From the NCBI RefSeq assembly GCF_001194135.2, contig NC_068984.1, forward strand, positions 82,630,246-82,672,913: a stretch of DNA of 42,668 nucleotides, written 5' to 3'. Under the pieces are notes generated by a model that saw nothing but the letters and a program-made list of their open reading frames with translations, was not told where the DNA came from and ran no database searches. The translations under genes were made by a program, and so were the position numbers. This DNA comes from Octopus bimaculoides. Taxonomy: Eukaryota. This document shows, piece by piece, positions 23,945 to 35,197 of this stretch (position 1 is its first letter; every line of letters starts with the position of its first letter).

Positions 23945-24640
23945 GGGATTTTCAAATAGTAAGTTTACAAGGGGATTGTTCATCATGAGTATGCCCCACC
24001 TTGTCAGACAGTAAACAAGGAGTAACTACTGTGACGTTTGTAGGATGCTATTCGTTGGGAAAGGCCACAATTGCATGTGTCCAGTGAGTGGCAATTGCAC
24101 CTGCCCATTCAGCACAGCTTGTGCAGCAGATTTTGGCTAAGCACAGCATTCCCCAGGTCTGATAGCCACTGTACTTCCCAGATCTCACGCCTTGCAACTT
24201 TCAAAAATCAAATCTCACTTAAAAGAGAGATTTCAGGACATTGAGGAAATCTAAGTGAATGCGAAGAGGCAGTTACTGATTATCCCAGAAAATGAGTTCC
24301 AAAAATGCTTCCATCAATGGAAACAGTGCTGGATTAGGTGTGTGGCTTCTGAATGGGACTACTTTGAAGGAGATTAAATGCCAAATTAGTGTGTGTGTTG
24401 TAGTTTTGTTTTTATAGCACCATTCCGTGCGGGTGACACGTAAAAGCACCCACTACACTCTCTGAGTGGTTGGCGTTAGGAAGGGCATCCAGCTGTAGAA
24501 ACTCTGCCAAATCAGACTGGAGCCTGGTGTTGCCATCCGGTTTCACCAGTCCTCAGTCAAATCGTCCAACCCATGCTAGCATGGAAAGCGGACGTTAAAC
24601 GATGATGATGATTCCGGATACTTGTTTATTAGACCTCATA
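23945..24640 (+). mobile_element. Mariner transposase 3' remnant with 3' TIR, interrupted by an RTE insertion at 24428-24610
   Basis: Broken frames HHEYAPPCQTVNKE, DNAPAHS-like, PDLTPC and FQKCFHQWKQCWIRCVASEWDYFEGD-stop; TIR TCCGGATACTTGTTTATTAGACCTCATA. Confidence 0.85.
24428..24610 (+). mobile_element. Young RTE 3'-end insertion with a 6-bp target-site duplication
   Basis: Ends GGACGTTAAACGATGATGATG; ATTCCG at 24422-24427 and 24611-24616; CpGs retained. Confidence 0.88.
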
Positions 24641-25067
24641 TGGTTTTTTTTGTGGCCTTCTAGATAAGAATATGCAAGATCCTAGCTCAATCCTCTTTGA
24701 TTTCTTGCTGGAAAGGAATGCTGTAAATGGTCTGCACAACAGAGTGTTGCTGATTCTGAGAAAGAGAATAATCAACTCCATAACTTGGACTGATATTTTA
24801 TTTATCAACTCTGGAGGAACAAAAAGCAGAATTGACTTATGCAAGCTTTCATGTTAATAGTACAAAGAGGTGGAGTAATTATCATGAAGCATTTGTCTGA
24901 TGCTCTACCTATTTTGCCAATTGACTGTCCTAGTCATTATATTAGAATTATCACTTCTGAAATATTAAATTCCAGTGTGTTATCTCACATGCGTCATAAC
25001 ATATTTAAAGCAACAGTGACTTATATGTATGATATAACACATTCCTAATACTTAGTTTACCTTTTAG

Positions 25068-25225
25068 GAGTTGATATCAGCAACAAGAAAGCAAGCGATG
25101 CTGGTGCCATTCTATCAGACAAATTAAGGTCGATTTGTCAGTCATTGAAGGTTCCTAATGGTTTGAAGGCTCTCGGTTATACTGAAGAAGATATTCCTGC
25201 TATGGTTAAAGGTACTTTGCCTCAG
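25068..25225 (+). CDS. ADHFE1: ADHFE1 exon 13 (158 nt): VDISNKKASDAGAILSDKL...LGYTEEDIPAMVKGTLPQ
   Basis: CTTTTAG acceptor, GTAAGT donor; DIPAxVKGTLPQ motif. Confidence 0.96.
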
Positions 25226-25853
25226 GTAAGTTTATTTCATTTCCCATCTAAATGTATCGATTTCTAACATAAATGGAAACAAGTGAGGAGCCAAGACTAT
25301 GTCTTTCTATGGGGCTATCTGATTGGCTAAACTAAATCTCCCTCACGTCATACTGTTTGACATCTTGAGTTCATATTTCATTTTAGATTCGTACCTGTCT
25401 AATTGTCATAATTTCTGTGGTTAAAAGGCAATTGCTTTGTTTGCAACCTAGTTAATTTGTGGATCAGTGGCTACCAGATAACTATAGAATTGAAATGATG
25501 TCTAATTCTATTTTCTGTAGTGATTAGTATGCTAATGCTCTGGCCTAATGCCAATATTTTCTCAGATTGCTACAATGGTCAACTGAGGCAAATGAATATA
25601 AATCTGAGCCAGTACTAAGTCTTGTCTTTTCATAAAATGTTCTTTTGTCTTAAGACTAAGATATGATTTGAAGGGAAAATGTCTGCTCTTTCCAGCAGAT
25701 AGAGCAACTTCATAGGAACTTTCTCTCTAGTTTTTATTAATCGACTGTGTTGAGAAAGTACGTCAGTTTTTGTTTTGGAGTGGGTGGGATTTGTGTACTT
25801 GAATTATTTTAAAAATTCAGCATGAATTATCTCCCTTTCTTCTTTTTTTTTAG

Positions 25854-25949
25854 CACAGAGTCACTAAACTGTCACCATTGCAGCAGTCAGATGAAGAACT
25901 TGCAGAAACTCTCGGAGACATTATAAAAAATTCAATGACGTTATACTGA
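25854..25949 (+). CDS. ADHFE1: ADHFE1 last exon (coding 96 nt): HRVTKLSPLQQSDEELAETLGDIIKNSMTLY-stop
   Basis: Long poly-T tract then TAG acceptor; RVTKL and the terminal SMxLY match human; TGA at 25947-25949. Confidence 0.95.
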   Translation, partial: HRVTKLSPLQQSDEELAETLGDIIKNSMTLY

Positions 25950-26119
25950 GAAAGACATTTCTGTAGTATTCTCTCTACTTCCTTGCTCAAAAAATGAATA
26001 TAGAAAATTATGAATTTCCTCAGCTGTATGAACTGTGATTGTATAGAATAATAATAGTAAGATGATGATATGCTGAGAGAAAACAATAACAAATTAATAT
26101 CGATTTTTAATTTCGGGAA

Positions 26120-26125
26120 AATAAA
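26120..26125 (+). promoter_or_regulatory. Candidate ADHFE1 polyadenylation signal AATAAA
   Basis: First canonical hexamer noticed after the stop (about 170 nt downstream), followed by T/GT-rich sequence; chance occurrence is common in AT-rich DNA. Confidence 0.4.
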
Positions 26126-26329
26126 GTCTTTGGTTGTGAAGAAAATGTATTACTTTTATTTTAAATATTATTGCTATAGAAGTTGTTAATAGGGAAATTA
26201 TATTACCAGCAGTCAAAATATTTTCATATTTTAAGCTCACCTACTACTGAAATTGAATACCAGTTGATCATTGGGTTTGATCAAATCCGTTATTTATATG
26301 TACCAAAGAAACATCATTGTTATTTAATG

Positions 26330-26620
26330 CCCTTTTTTCCATGCTGATTTGGGTTGGATGGTTTGATAAGAACTGTTGAGGCTGCAGGCTACATCAGGTG
26401 CCATTGTCTGTTATGGCATGGTTTTTATGGCAGGATGCCTTTCCTAACACCAATCAGTTTACAGAGTATACTGGGTGCTTTTTGTATGGCATCAGCTGTG
26501 ACAGGGTTACCAAGTAACTTGCAGGACAAAAATACTCTCAGCTTGGAGGAGTGACTAATATTGAGCAGGGAAGTGGCTTTGTACCAGGTGATGAGAGATT
26601 AGAAGTATAAAGGGATAAAA
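26330..26620 (-). mobile_element. Decayed RTE 3'-end copy between the ADHFE1 and MRPL50 3' ends
   Basis: TTTTCCATGCTG...GGATGCCTTTCCTAACACC...CAGAGTATACTGGGTGCTTTT. Confidence 0.7.
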
Positions 26621-27226
26621 GTAGGTGTCCTGCAGTAGAGTAGATACATGACTACTCCATTTGAAAAAGAAAAGAGGAGGAGTTAGAGAGTAAGATAAAG
26701 AGCAAATACTTAACTAATTAGTGGCAGAATCAGTAGACACTGGACAAAATATCTTGATGTATTTAGTTATGTCCTTTAGTGTTATGAATTTGATTTTAAA
26801 TCTTGACAATGTTCGTTTAACTTTCACCAAACTCTCCCCCAAAATGTGTGGCTTTGTATCAATATTAAGAACGAGATTAGTAGGATGTGTAGACTGCCAA
26901 ACAAAATTCTTTGTTTCAGTTACAGCCCTTTAGGTACTGAGTTTGAATCTTAGAAAGGTCACTTATTTTATCAACCTTAATAATTACCACTAAAGTATGA
27001 CATTGTGCTAATGTCAGAAAGTTTTAAACTATGGAAGAGTGACGAGTACTAAATAACAGTTACATGTTGGATTAAAAACCTTGATGTAGTAAACCTCTTG
27101 ATTATTTATGATCCTATATAACCTAAGTCCAAGTTCCCCATGAGTTGATTTTGCAGGTTGTCTCCAGAGAAAGAACCTGCAATTGAATTCTGAAGAGATG
27201 ATTAACAAATAGTCCAAAATATTAAT

Positions 27227-27232
27227 TTTATT
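27227..27232 (-). promoter_or_regulatory. Candidate MRPL50 polyadenylation signal AATAAA
   Basis: TTTATT on the + strand, 35 nt past the MRPL50 stop. Confidence 0.4.
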
Positions 27233-27266
27233 ACAATTCAAATATCTAAATGATCATTGTAGGATG

Positions 27267-27584
27267 TTAACTAGATGTCTTCACTCGATGTTGTCCATCA
27301 TGACCCTTGTATTTATGTTTGTATTTGATACTGGAAACTACAGTTGGTCTGCCTGGGAAAGCTGTTTTACCATCATACATTGTGTCAGTGTCAGGATGAA
27401 AACGAACTGGTTCCATCTGGATGTGTAGGTTTCGAGGAAGGTCTAGTTTTGATATATCTTCGTATGATGACGTGTCTCTTATTTCTGTTTGGAAGAATTC
27501 CATAGCTTTTGTTACGTCTGTTATGAAGTTCAGTTCTGTATTGGGAATATCATGTTCAAATTCTTCAATACATTTACAAAGGAA
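27267..27584 (-). CDS. MRPL50: MRPL50 last exon (318 nt, phase 0): FLCKCIEEFEHDIPNTEL...HKYKGHDGQHRVKTSS-stop
   Basis: Minus-strand acceptor TTTATTTCAG; lies inside ORF 27267..27626; TAA stop. Confidence 0.92.
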   Translation of the reverse strand, partial: FLCKCIEEFEHDIPNTELNFITDVTKAMEFFQTEIRDTSSYEDISKLDLPRNLHIQMEPVRFHPDTDTMYDGKTAFPGRPTVVSSIKYKHKYKGHDGQHRVKTSS

Positions 27585-29311
27585 CTGAAATAAACCAAGA
27601 GACAAATTCTTTAAAATACAGTCCAACAGATGAAAACATCTATTTTAATAAATTATATTTATATTGTTTGCTTTGGGTGAACAGTTTACACTGAGCTTTG
27701 TTTGAAAGATATTTTCTTCAAGGATTATTTAGTGTAAAAGTTTTTATATGCTTCTTTTTTAATCAACAAAAGGCTTCACAATATTTAAACACAGACCATT
27801 ATCTTGGGGTCAAAAGTAAACATCACCCTCAGACATTTTTAATAATATATTTTTGTCAATCTTCATTTTGATCAATTTATTAGTAGTTCATTACAGCCAC
27901 CTTTTCAATAGCAAACAATATATTCATCCACATTTATGAAACTTTTGAAAATGTAAAACAGATTTTTAAAAAATAGAAACAGAAGTAAAATTAACAACTA
28001 AACAGATAGTTATAAAATAGTCAAAATTTGTTGAGATCCTAAGGTAAAAAGAGAAGGGTCATCTTTAAACATTTTTATAACAACAATTCATTCATTGCTA
28101 GTGTTGCAAGTCAAAATGAAATTGTAGATATTGGTCAATTTTAGGATGATGAAATGTGGGAGAGGTATGACACAAAAGAAAATACTCCTTGAATTGATAT
28201 AGAAAGGGTAAGTTAGAAGGTGACAGTCTATCAAAAAACAAAAAACAAAAAAAAATGTGGAAGGGACTTCCATATGTCCTTGAAAGAGGATTTGGAGAAA
28301 GCTCTGGCAGCATGTGCCTTGATTTGAAAACCAAGAATGAGGTAAGCAGACAGGAAAAGCTGTGATGCCACAAATCTGTCCACAGACTAGAGCTACAGTA
28401 CGTGAGAAAAAAGAAACAAAGGTTATGGCTAGAGATATTAGTAGAGAGACTGTCATCCTTAGCTTATCACCATAATGATCCAGTATGAAGAGGTGGTCTG
28501 TAACAATACATGGTCTGGTGGGATCTGCATAGACCTCCAAGTCCTGATGACCCTTCAAAAACAAGGCTATAATTAAAGCTGTACTTCATTTGAGGGATTT
28601 GAGAGTGGGTCAGTTAGACTGGTAGTGCAAGGTAGAAAGTTATAACATGTAGCAGTAAAGGTTGCTTGAGGCTTTCTACTCAGAGAAAATGGAAAAGAAC
28701 AAAAAAGAGCAGTGGCCAGTAACAACAGCTTGCCACAGAGGTGATGGCTGCTACTATAACTCTGAGAACAACCTGACTGGAAGCAAAGGAAATGACCTTA
28801 TCTTCAGGGCCACCAGCACCTGGGGCTGATGATGTGAAAGGGCACTGAGAACCTGAGGGCATCTCCTTCTCTAGCAAAGAACTAGCCAGCAGCTACAAAA
28901 TGTAGTACCATTCCACCATCTGATGATGAGGAGAAGAAGGTAAAATGGAAGAAATCAAGGACAAGTAAATGAGCTCTGACTAAAGGCAAGTAAGAGTGGG
29001 AAGTCTTTCATGAAGCTGTAACAAATCCTTGATCTGCTTGAAATTCAGTCCTTAGAATTACCAACAATAAACTAATGTAAGGTTTCTCAAACTGAGTTTT
29101 GCAGAACTCCAGGGTTCTTTGAAAAAAACTCTGGGGTCCCACAACATAGGTGTCTATAACTAAAAATTTATTTCATAACAAAACAGTGTTTGTCATTTTC
29201 AAAAGATGAAAATAAATTATGGTTTTTATATGAATTCTTTCTCTGAAACAAAAGTTGCTTCATGTATTAAAATTGCTGACTTTGTACTAAAATTAGAAAC
29301 CATTATTAATA

Positions 29312-30425
29312 TTGGTTTCAAATTTTGGCAAAAAGCTAGCAATTTTGGGATAGAAGGGGTAAATTGATTACATTGACCCCAATACTTAATTGGTACTTAT
29401 TTTATTGACCCTGCAAGAATGAAAAGCAAAATCGACCCCAGTATTTGAATTCAGAATGTAAAGATGAACAAAATGCCACTAAGCATTTTATCTGGTATAC
29501 TAATGATGCTACCAACTTGCCACCCGAGAAACAGTTATCATTATTATGAATTATTTAAAGTAGTGAGGTAGTAAAATCATTAGTGTCTGAAAAAAATACC
29601 TTGCGGTATTTGTTTCAACTCTTTACATTCTGAGTTCAAATTCTGCCAAGGTCAACTTTACCTTTCCTCCTTTAAGGATCAAAATAAACTATCAGACAAG
29701 TACTGGGGGGTCAATGGTATTGACAAACTGGCCTTGTGCCTAAATCAGAAACCATTATAATTATTAACTTGTGGTATTTGTTCTGGCTCTTTACAATTTG
29801 AATTCAAATCTCACTGAAAGTAACTTTACTTTTCATCTTTTTGGGGTTAATAAAATAAAGTAACAGTCAAAATACTGGGGTCAACATAATCAACCATTTT
29901 CTCCCATTATTTTCATTAGTATGACAAACAGACAGAAATAGTAGGTGATGGACTAAATGCCTTGCTTTTACAATATGTAGTATCACACCCCTACTCTAAC
30001 TGTAGGGCTGGTTTTGTAATTTGCTTCTACATATCTAATGAAATAAGTACCAGTCATATATGAGGGTTGATTGAATTAAACCTATCTTTGTGGTCTGTGC
30101 TGCAGATTGAAATCAGTATTTAGTCATATCTTCGTATGTTCTGAGTTGAAATTCAATCAATGTTAACTTTGCTTTTCATCCTCCTGGAGTTGATAAATAT
30201 GAGTCAAATATTCTTTCTGCTATAAGTAAAATGCTTGAAATATAGGAGAAGATGACTAGATGACTACATTGACCCCAGTGCTCAAATGGTACTTTTTTAT
30301 TGACCCCAAAAGGATGAAAAACAATGTCAACCTTGGTGACATTTGAATTCAGAACATGAAGTAGAAAAAGATGCTGCTATGCATTTTATCTGGCATATGC
30401 TAATGATTCTGTCAGCTCACCACTT
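29312..30425. mobile_element. Cluster of about five decayed tRNA-SINE copies (7059 family) in mixed orientations in the last MRPL50 intron
   Basis: Recurrent TTCTGAGTTCAAATT...AACTTT(A/G)C(C/T)TTTCATC (+) and CATTGACCCC...TTATTGACCC (-) blocks. Confidence 0.75.
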
Positions 30426-30727
30426 AAATACCATTAAGTACTATTTAACTAAATTAAATTACTAATTACTATTTAATTAATTACTAACTGTATCCTTCCT
30501 CACAAAATTGTACTGCATTCAGAAATCATCATCATAATTTTCATTTTACAATATTTCATCCTGTTATGGATGATAAGTGTTTTTTTTTTTTGCTTGGCAA
30601 ATGTTCTTGAATAAAGAAACAAGCAACTCTTTACAGCTAAATCATCAATGTAACAAACAGATTGGATGTAAACATCATGTTATTCTTTCAAGTAGTTAAA
30701 ACAATAAACACAAACGAGTGAACATAC

Positions 30728-30863
30728 CTTAAATTTAAGAAGGCGATCATCCAAAGTTATTTTCTTCCAGTCTGATACCTTGCCAAAAATATCTGTAGCA
30801 ATCTGTTCCATTTTATGTCCCACATTTGATGGTGGTTTATAGCTTTCCACTGTACGAACTGAC
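30728..30863 (-). CDS. MRPL50: MRPL50 exon (136 nt, phase 2 to 0): SVRTVESYKPPSNVGHKMEQIATDIFGKVSDWKKITLDDRLLKFK
   Basis: Acceptor CTTCATCCATAG, donor GTATGT; open frame that joins the last exon in phase. Confidence 0.9.
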
Positions 30864-31029
30864 CTATGGATGAAGATTAAAAAGCAAAAGCTAAGATGTC
30901 AGAGTTTCCGAATGACATGGAGATAACATGAGAATTCAGTAGGTTCTTATGTTAGTCATTACAGCTAATCAAATAGAAGAGTACAGCTTTAAATTGACTT
31001 TTCCACACTGTTATGTAATATTTACAGAA

Positions 31030-31340
31030 GCTGTCCTTTAATACAGTTTTGTTTGCAGCAAAGTATGCTCTATTGGATGCATAATCTTAGTACACATGAA
31101 CAACATGGTACTGATGAACTGAGAGGTAAATTAGGCTTAAATGCAAGAAAGAAAACTATGTTTGTATAGACACATGACATGTGTGGAGAATAACAAATGG
31201 GTAAAGAAGTGCTAGGGTATCCAAGTAGAAAGAAATTGTGGAAGAGGAGGATATGGGCAGAAATAGTAAAAGTTGATTGATCTTAGAATGTTGAACCTCA
31301 CACAAAAGCTGGCAAACAAAGTCATGCAGTAGACGAAAAA
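31030..31340 (+). mobile_element. Decayed RTE C-terminal fragment
   Basis: SMLYWMHNLS...ELRGKLGL...QERKL...WVKKC, homologous to 1-279. Confidence 0.65.
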
Positions 31341-31575
31341 TCAATGATGAAATACAAGTGTGCCACTATGAGTTGTCCACAAACTATAAAGTCTACCTTA
31401 ATGTAAGATAATTGCTACAACAGTGTGAACAAAAGCAAACGAAGTGGTTGGATTAGATATCAGAATGGGTCTGCAGATGAGATGACACAAAACGAAGATG
31501 AGAAGTGATATAATGTAAAGCAAGTAGACAGTACACAGAAGAGATAATTTATCAACCAAGTTAGTCATAAACATC

Positions 31576-32370
31576 ATCATTTAACACCAGTTTTCCATGC
31601 TGGCATGGGTTGGATGGTTTTATTAGGAGCTGGTCAGCTGGAGAGCCGTTCAGGTTCCATATCTGTTTTGGCATGGTTTCTACAGCTAGATGACCTTCCT
31701 AACATCAACTGCTTTACAGAGTGTACTGGGTGTTTTTATGTGGCACCAGCACCCACAAGCCTTCAAGGTTAGGAATGCTCAGCTGGAGCGGGATGCAGGA
31801 GACATCCTGTACGCGAGGACAACCACACATTTACTTAGCTTTACTCAAGCACAACAAACTGCCAGGAGTCTTGGTCCCCTGTCATCCCCTCTGTGAGTCC
31901 CAACGTCCATAGATCCTTTCTCACCACTTTGTCTTACATCTTCCTGGGTTTACTGCTTCCACATGTTCCCTCTACAATTTGAGATTGGCACCTCTTGATG
32001 CAGCTGTTTTCATTCATATGCATTACATGGCTGTACCAGCTCAGTCTTCTCACTTACACATTACATCTGATGCCTAGTATACCCAGTTTTTCTCTCAAAT
32101 TGTATATGCATACTGACATTTTCCATCCAGTGGAGCATACTGGCTTCATTTCTTTCAACCCTTTGCATATCCTCAGTAATCACAGTTCATGTCTCACTGC
32201 TATGTAGAATAGCTGTTTGTACACAGGCATCATACAATCTGCCTTTCACTCTGAGGAAGAGGCCCTTCATTACTAGTAGCTCTCTGAACTTTGCTCAGCC
32301 TGTACTTATTGTAGCAGCTATGCTTTCAGAACAACCTCCCCAACTACTAACTTGGTCACCTAAGTAATTA
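31576..32370 (-). mobile_element. 5'-truncated RTE LINE copy
   Basis: YLGDQVSSWGGCSESIAA, LYDACV and EASMLHWM in minus frames, followed by the shared 3' UTR and GAT tail. Confidence 0.85.
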
Positions 32371-33215
32371 TTCTTTATCTGAAGAGTTTCCAATAGGAAT
32401 TTCTTTACATGTCTATCTAACATGTAAATCTTTGTGATTCTTATTAACAAATGAAGCAAGTGTAATGGAGAATAAATAATACTAAAAGATTTCCATTTTC
32501 CTATTTTATCATAAATTAACTCTGCAATTGGTTTTTCCATAATTCTCAATTTTAATCTGTATTTTGACTCACATACATCACCAACTATGGATACATATTG
32601 ATTGTAATATTGGAATAAGTAGATGTGCTTCAAGCGGAAACAGCTAGGATTTATTGTATTTTCTGACATACATGTTGAATTTTCAGACCAAAATTTAGAG
32701 CCAAAAAGAGTAGGTTGATTTATAGACATGACTTTGGAGAACCACAAATTTCATGGGAAATGCAACAAGATTTGGAAAGATAGTAATGATGTTTGAATCA
32801 TCATCATTTAACGTCCGTCTTCCATGCTAGCATGGGTGGGACATGTTTACACTATATACTATGTCAACTTGTATGCTAGGAAATAAGAAGGTAGTGCATG
32901 ATATGAGGGAGATTTGGATACTATTTCTAACAGGACAAGTGATTACAAACCACAAGCTCCCACAAATTAGCTGTCATAGTCATTGTTTTGTCCCTGATCA
33001 TTCGTTTGGGCAGACCTATGGCCAATATATCTTTTTGTATATCAAAGACTACATTGCCCAAAATATTTTTCCTTCTGATAATGACAAAATGCAATTTTAG
33101 AGATTTAGCAGCTATTTCTTTCAGGTTCAGTGACCACATAGAGGCCCCTTCACTGGAAACAAAAATAGAAAAACGAAATATATTTATTGGGCTAGTGATA
33201 AATCAAACAACTTAC

Positions 33216-33340
33216 GTTCTTTTTTTCAAGGAAGAATAACGATCTCTTGTAGATGGACCATCTTGTATAGGATTAAAAGATCTCTCATCACTTTCATCTT
33301 TCTTGGCATTTTTACGGAAGAAAGCAGTTCTTAATGGAAT
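33216..33340 (-). CDS. MRPL50: MRPL50 exon (125 nt, phase 0 to 2): IPLRTAFFRKNAKKDESDERSFNPIQDGPSTRDRYSSLKKR
   Basis: Acceptor TTTGTTGTAG, donor GTAAGT; open and phase-compatible with the next exon. Confidence 0.75.
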
Positions 33341-34214
33341 CTACAACAAAGAAATTTTTCTGTAAATCTTAATTTCTATGCTTTATTTGGCATAAAATAA
33401 TATTGTAAAAATAGCAGGGAAATTGAAAAATTTCTGTCCTTTGACATGAATTGAACCACAGATCCTCTGCTGACTATCAGGATACCATATGTGTTCTAAT
33501 GGTTTATACTTCTCTTTTACTTCAAGTGAATTGTGATGTGTGTATCGAAACTATATATGACAAGAATGATTAAAAAAGTGGCTTTTTCAAAAATAATAAC
33601 ACTTTAACATGAAACAACTGTTCAGTTTCAAACACAATAATCAGACCAAATCATTTGCCAAACAAGAGAAAATAAAGAACGATACTAATTCTCTAAGTAA
33701 TTCTCATTTATTGACTTTCCTCATTATTACCATTTTAACGTCCACTTTTTTATGTTTGCATGGGCTAGATGGAATTTGTTGTGGCAGGTTTTCTATAGTC
33801 GAATACCCTTTTTGTTACCAACCCTCATCTATTTTGAAGCAAGTAATATTTCCCCAAGGCCAGACATGTTTACCTGGAAGATTGGAAATAAATGATACTG
33901 CTTGATGCTGGTTTACAATTCCCATACGATGTCAACACACACACACACACACAACTTTCAATTTCCATCTACCAAATCCACTCACAAGCCTTTGGTCTGC
34001 CCAGGGCTACAGTAGTAGACACTTGCCAAGAATACCATGTTTTTTGGTTGTTTCAGGAAATAAGTTGACTCGTAAAGTCATATATGTACAGGTCTATTAT
34101 AAAGGAACCCTCACAAAGATACTTTAAGGAACCAGTGACCACTTCGAGATGTAAGAAATCATGGAATACTTTTATTTGTATTGTAGTAGACACACACACA
34201 CACACACACACACA

Positions 34215-34297
34215 NNNNNNNNNNNNNNNNNNNNNNNNNNNNNNNNNNNNNNNNNNNNNNNNNNNNNNNNNNNNNNNNNNNNNNNNNNNNNNNNNNN
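34215..34297. other. Assembly gap (83 N) after (CA)n
   Basis: Run of N. Confidence 1.
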
Positions 34298-34602
34298 ATC
34301 CTACTTGAACTAGTATTTCTTTTATTGTACCTTCCACTTTCATGTTGACAATGAATATCAATCAGAATAATGTCATATTTATTTTATGTTGATAATGATC
34401 GCGAACATGTTATCGAATGGTTAAGATTTTGATTTTATTTCCTTTCTGATTAAAAAAGGAAAGAAAGAACAATTATCAACACTTTCGAAAATGTATCTCA
34501 AAAAAATTTTATTAAAAAATATATATTATAAAGAAAGTTATAAGGGAACAAAGTCAAACGTGGTACCAAACTGTAATTTTGTTAATATGCTGCCCGGTTT
34601 AC

Positions 34603-34644
34603 CACCTTGGGTACCCTTATTGGAGAACATTCTGTTGCAAGCAT
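34603..34644 (-). CDS. MRPL50: Tentative MRPL50 first coding exon: MLATECSPIRVPKV
   Basis: Best ATG with a phase-0 donor (GTAAAC) that I found, in a GC/CpG-richer patch upstream; no recognisable homology. Confidence 0.3.
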
Positions 34645-35197
34645 TCGGGCCAAGTCTTCCTTCCTCTCAGGGACACTTAGCTCGCATACTTTCAAGCGTC
34701 GGATTATGCAGCAGCCCTTCTTTCAGTAGCTTAACAGTTAAAAAAACAACAACAAAAGAATTCTTGCATGCTTTCAATACACTTTGTTTAATAATGCAAA
34801 CATGCTCGAGTCATAAGACACACATAAAATTTTTTTTACACAGTTAAAATATATTTTGGTCAAATAAATACTATCGAAGTACTTAAGTCGATTCAATTTA
34901 CCAGACACTAGACCTGAAAGGCGTGACCTTGTATTTACGTTAGGAATCATTATATGATCACAAACTAATAAAACACAGGTGAATAACTGTATCGCCCGGT
35001 TTTAATGGTTATTGTGATAAAAATGATGCAAAGAAATAATCCTTATTACAAACTAAACTGTCATTAACTTCGGTAAAAAAAAATTAAGCAGTCATTCTCT
35101 AGACTAGGGATAATACATTTCGGGCCTTGCATTAACTAAAAAATATTTGAGATTTTGGATAAATACATAATGACAATTACACGATAAACATAACGTG

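Larger units (their letters stand above)
2748..25949 (+). other. ADHFE1: ADHFE1 gene span (hydroxyacid-oxoacid transhydrogenase, iron-containing ADH family), 5'-incomplete, 13 coding exons found
   Basis: Exons joined at GT-AG sites give one uninterrupted frame (1390 nt) ending in TGA. It contains [62 protein letters not shown] and PHGLSV, all matching recalled human ADHFE1 motifs. Confidence 0.96.
27267..34644 (-). other. MRPL50: MRPL50 gene span (mitochondrial large ribosomal subunit protein mL50), about 206 aa if the tentative first exon is right
   Basis: The spliced frame ...YKPPSNV...DWKKITLDDRLLKFKFLCKCIEEFEHDIPNTEL...DTSSYEDISKLDLPRNLHIQ matches recalled human mL50 (YTPPEDL...[32 protein letters not shown]...DRSKFDELSASNLPPNLKI). 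Confidence 0.88.

Noticed and set aside
25854-25858. Second AG (TAGCACAG) as an alternative last-exon acceptor
   Set aside because: A 5-nt shift breaks the conserved RVTKL frame; the upstream AG follows the poly-T tract directly.
25950-27266. Overlapping 3' UTRs of the convergent genes forming natural antisense RNA
   Set aside because: Each gene has a candidate AATAAA close to its stop, leaving about 1.1 kb between them; the sequence gives no evidence of overlap.
32295-32747. 150-aa minus-strand ORF
   Set aside because: Its C-terminal part is the RTE fragment (YLGDQVSS...). The rest is AT-rich intron with no recognisable motif or splice sites that fit MRPL50.
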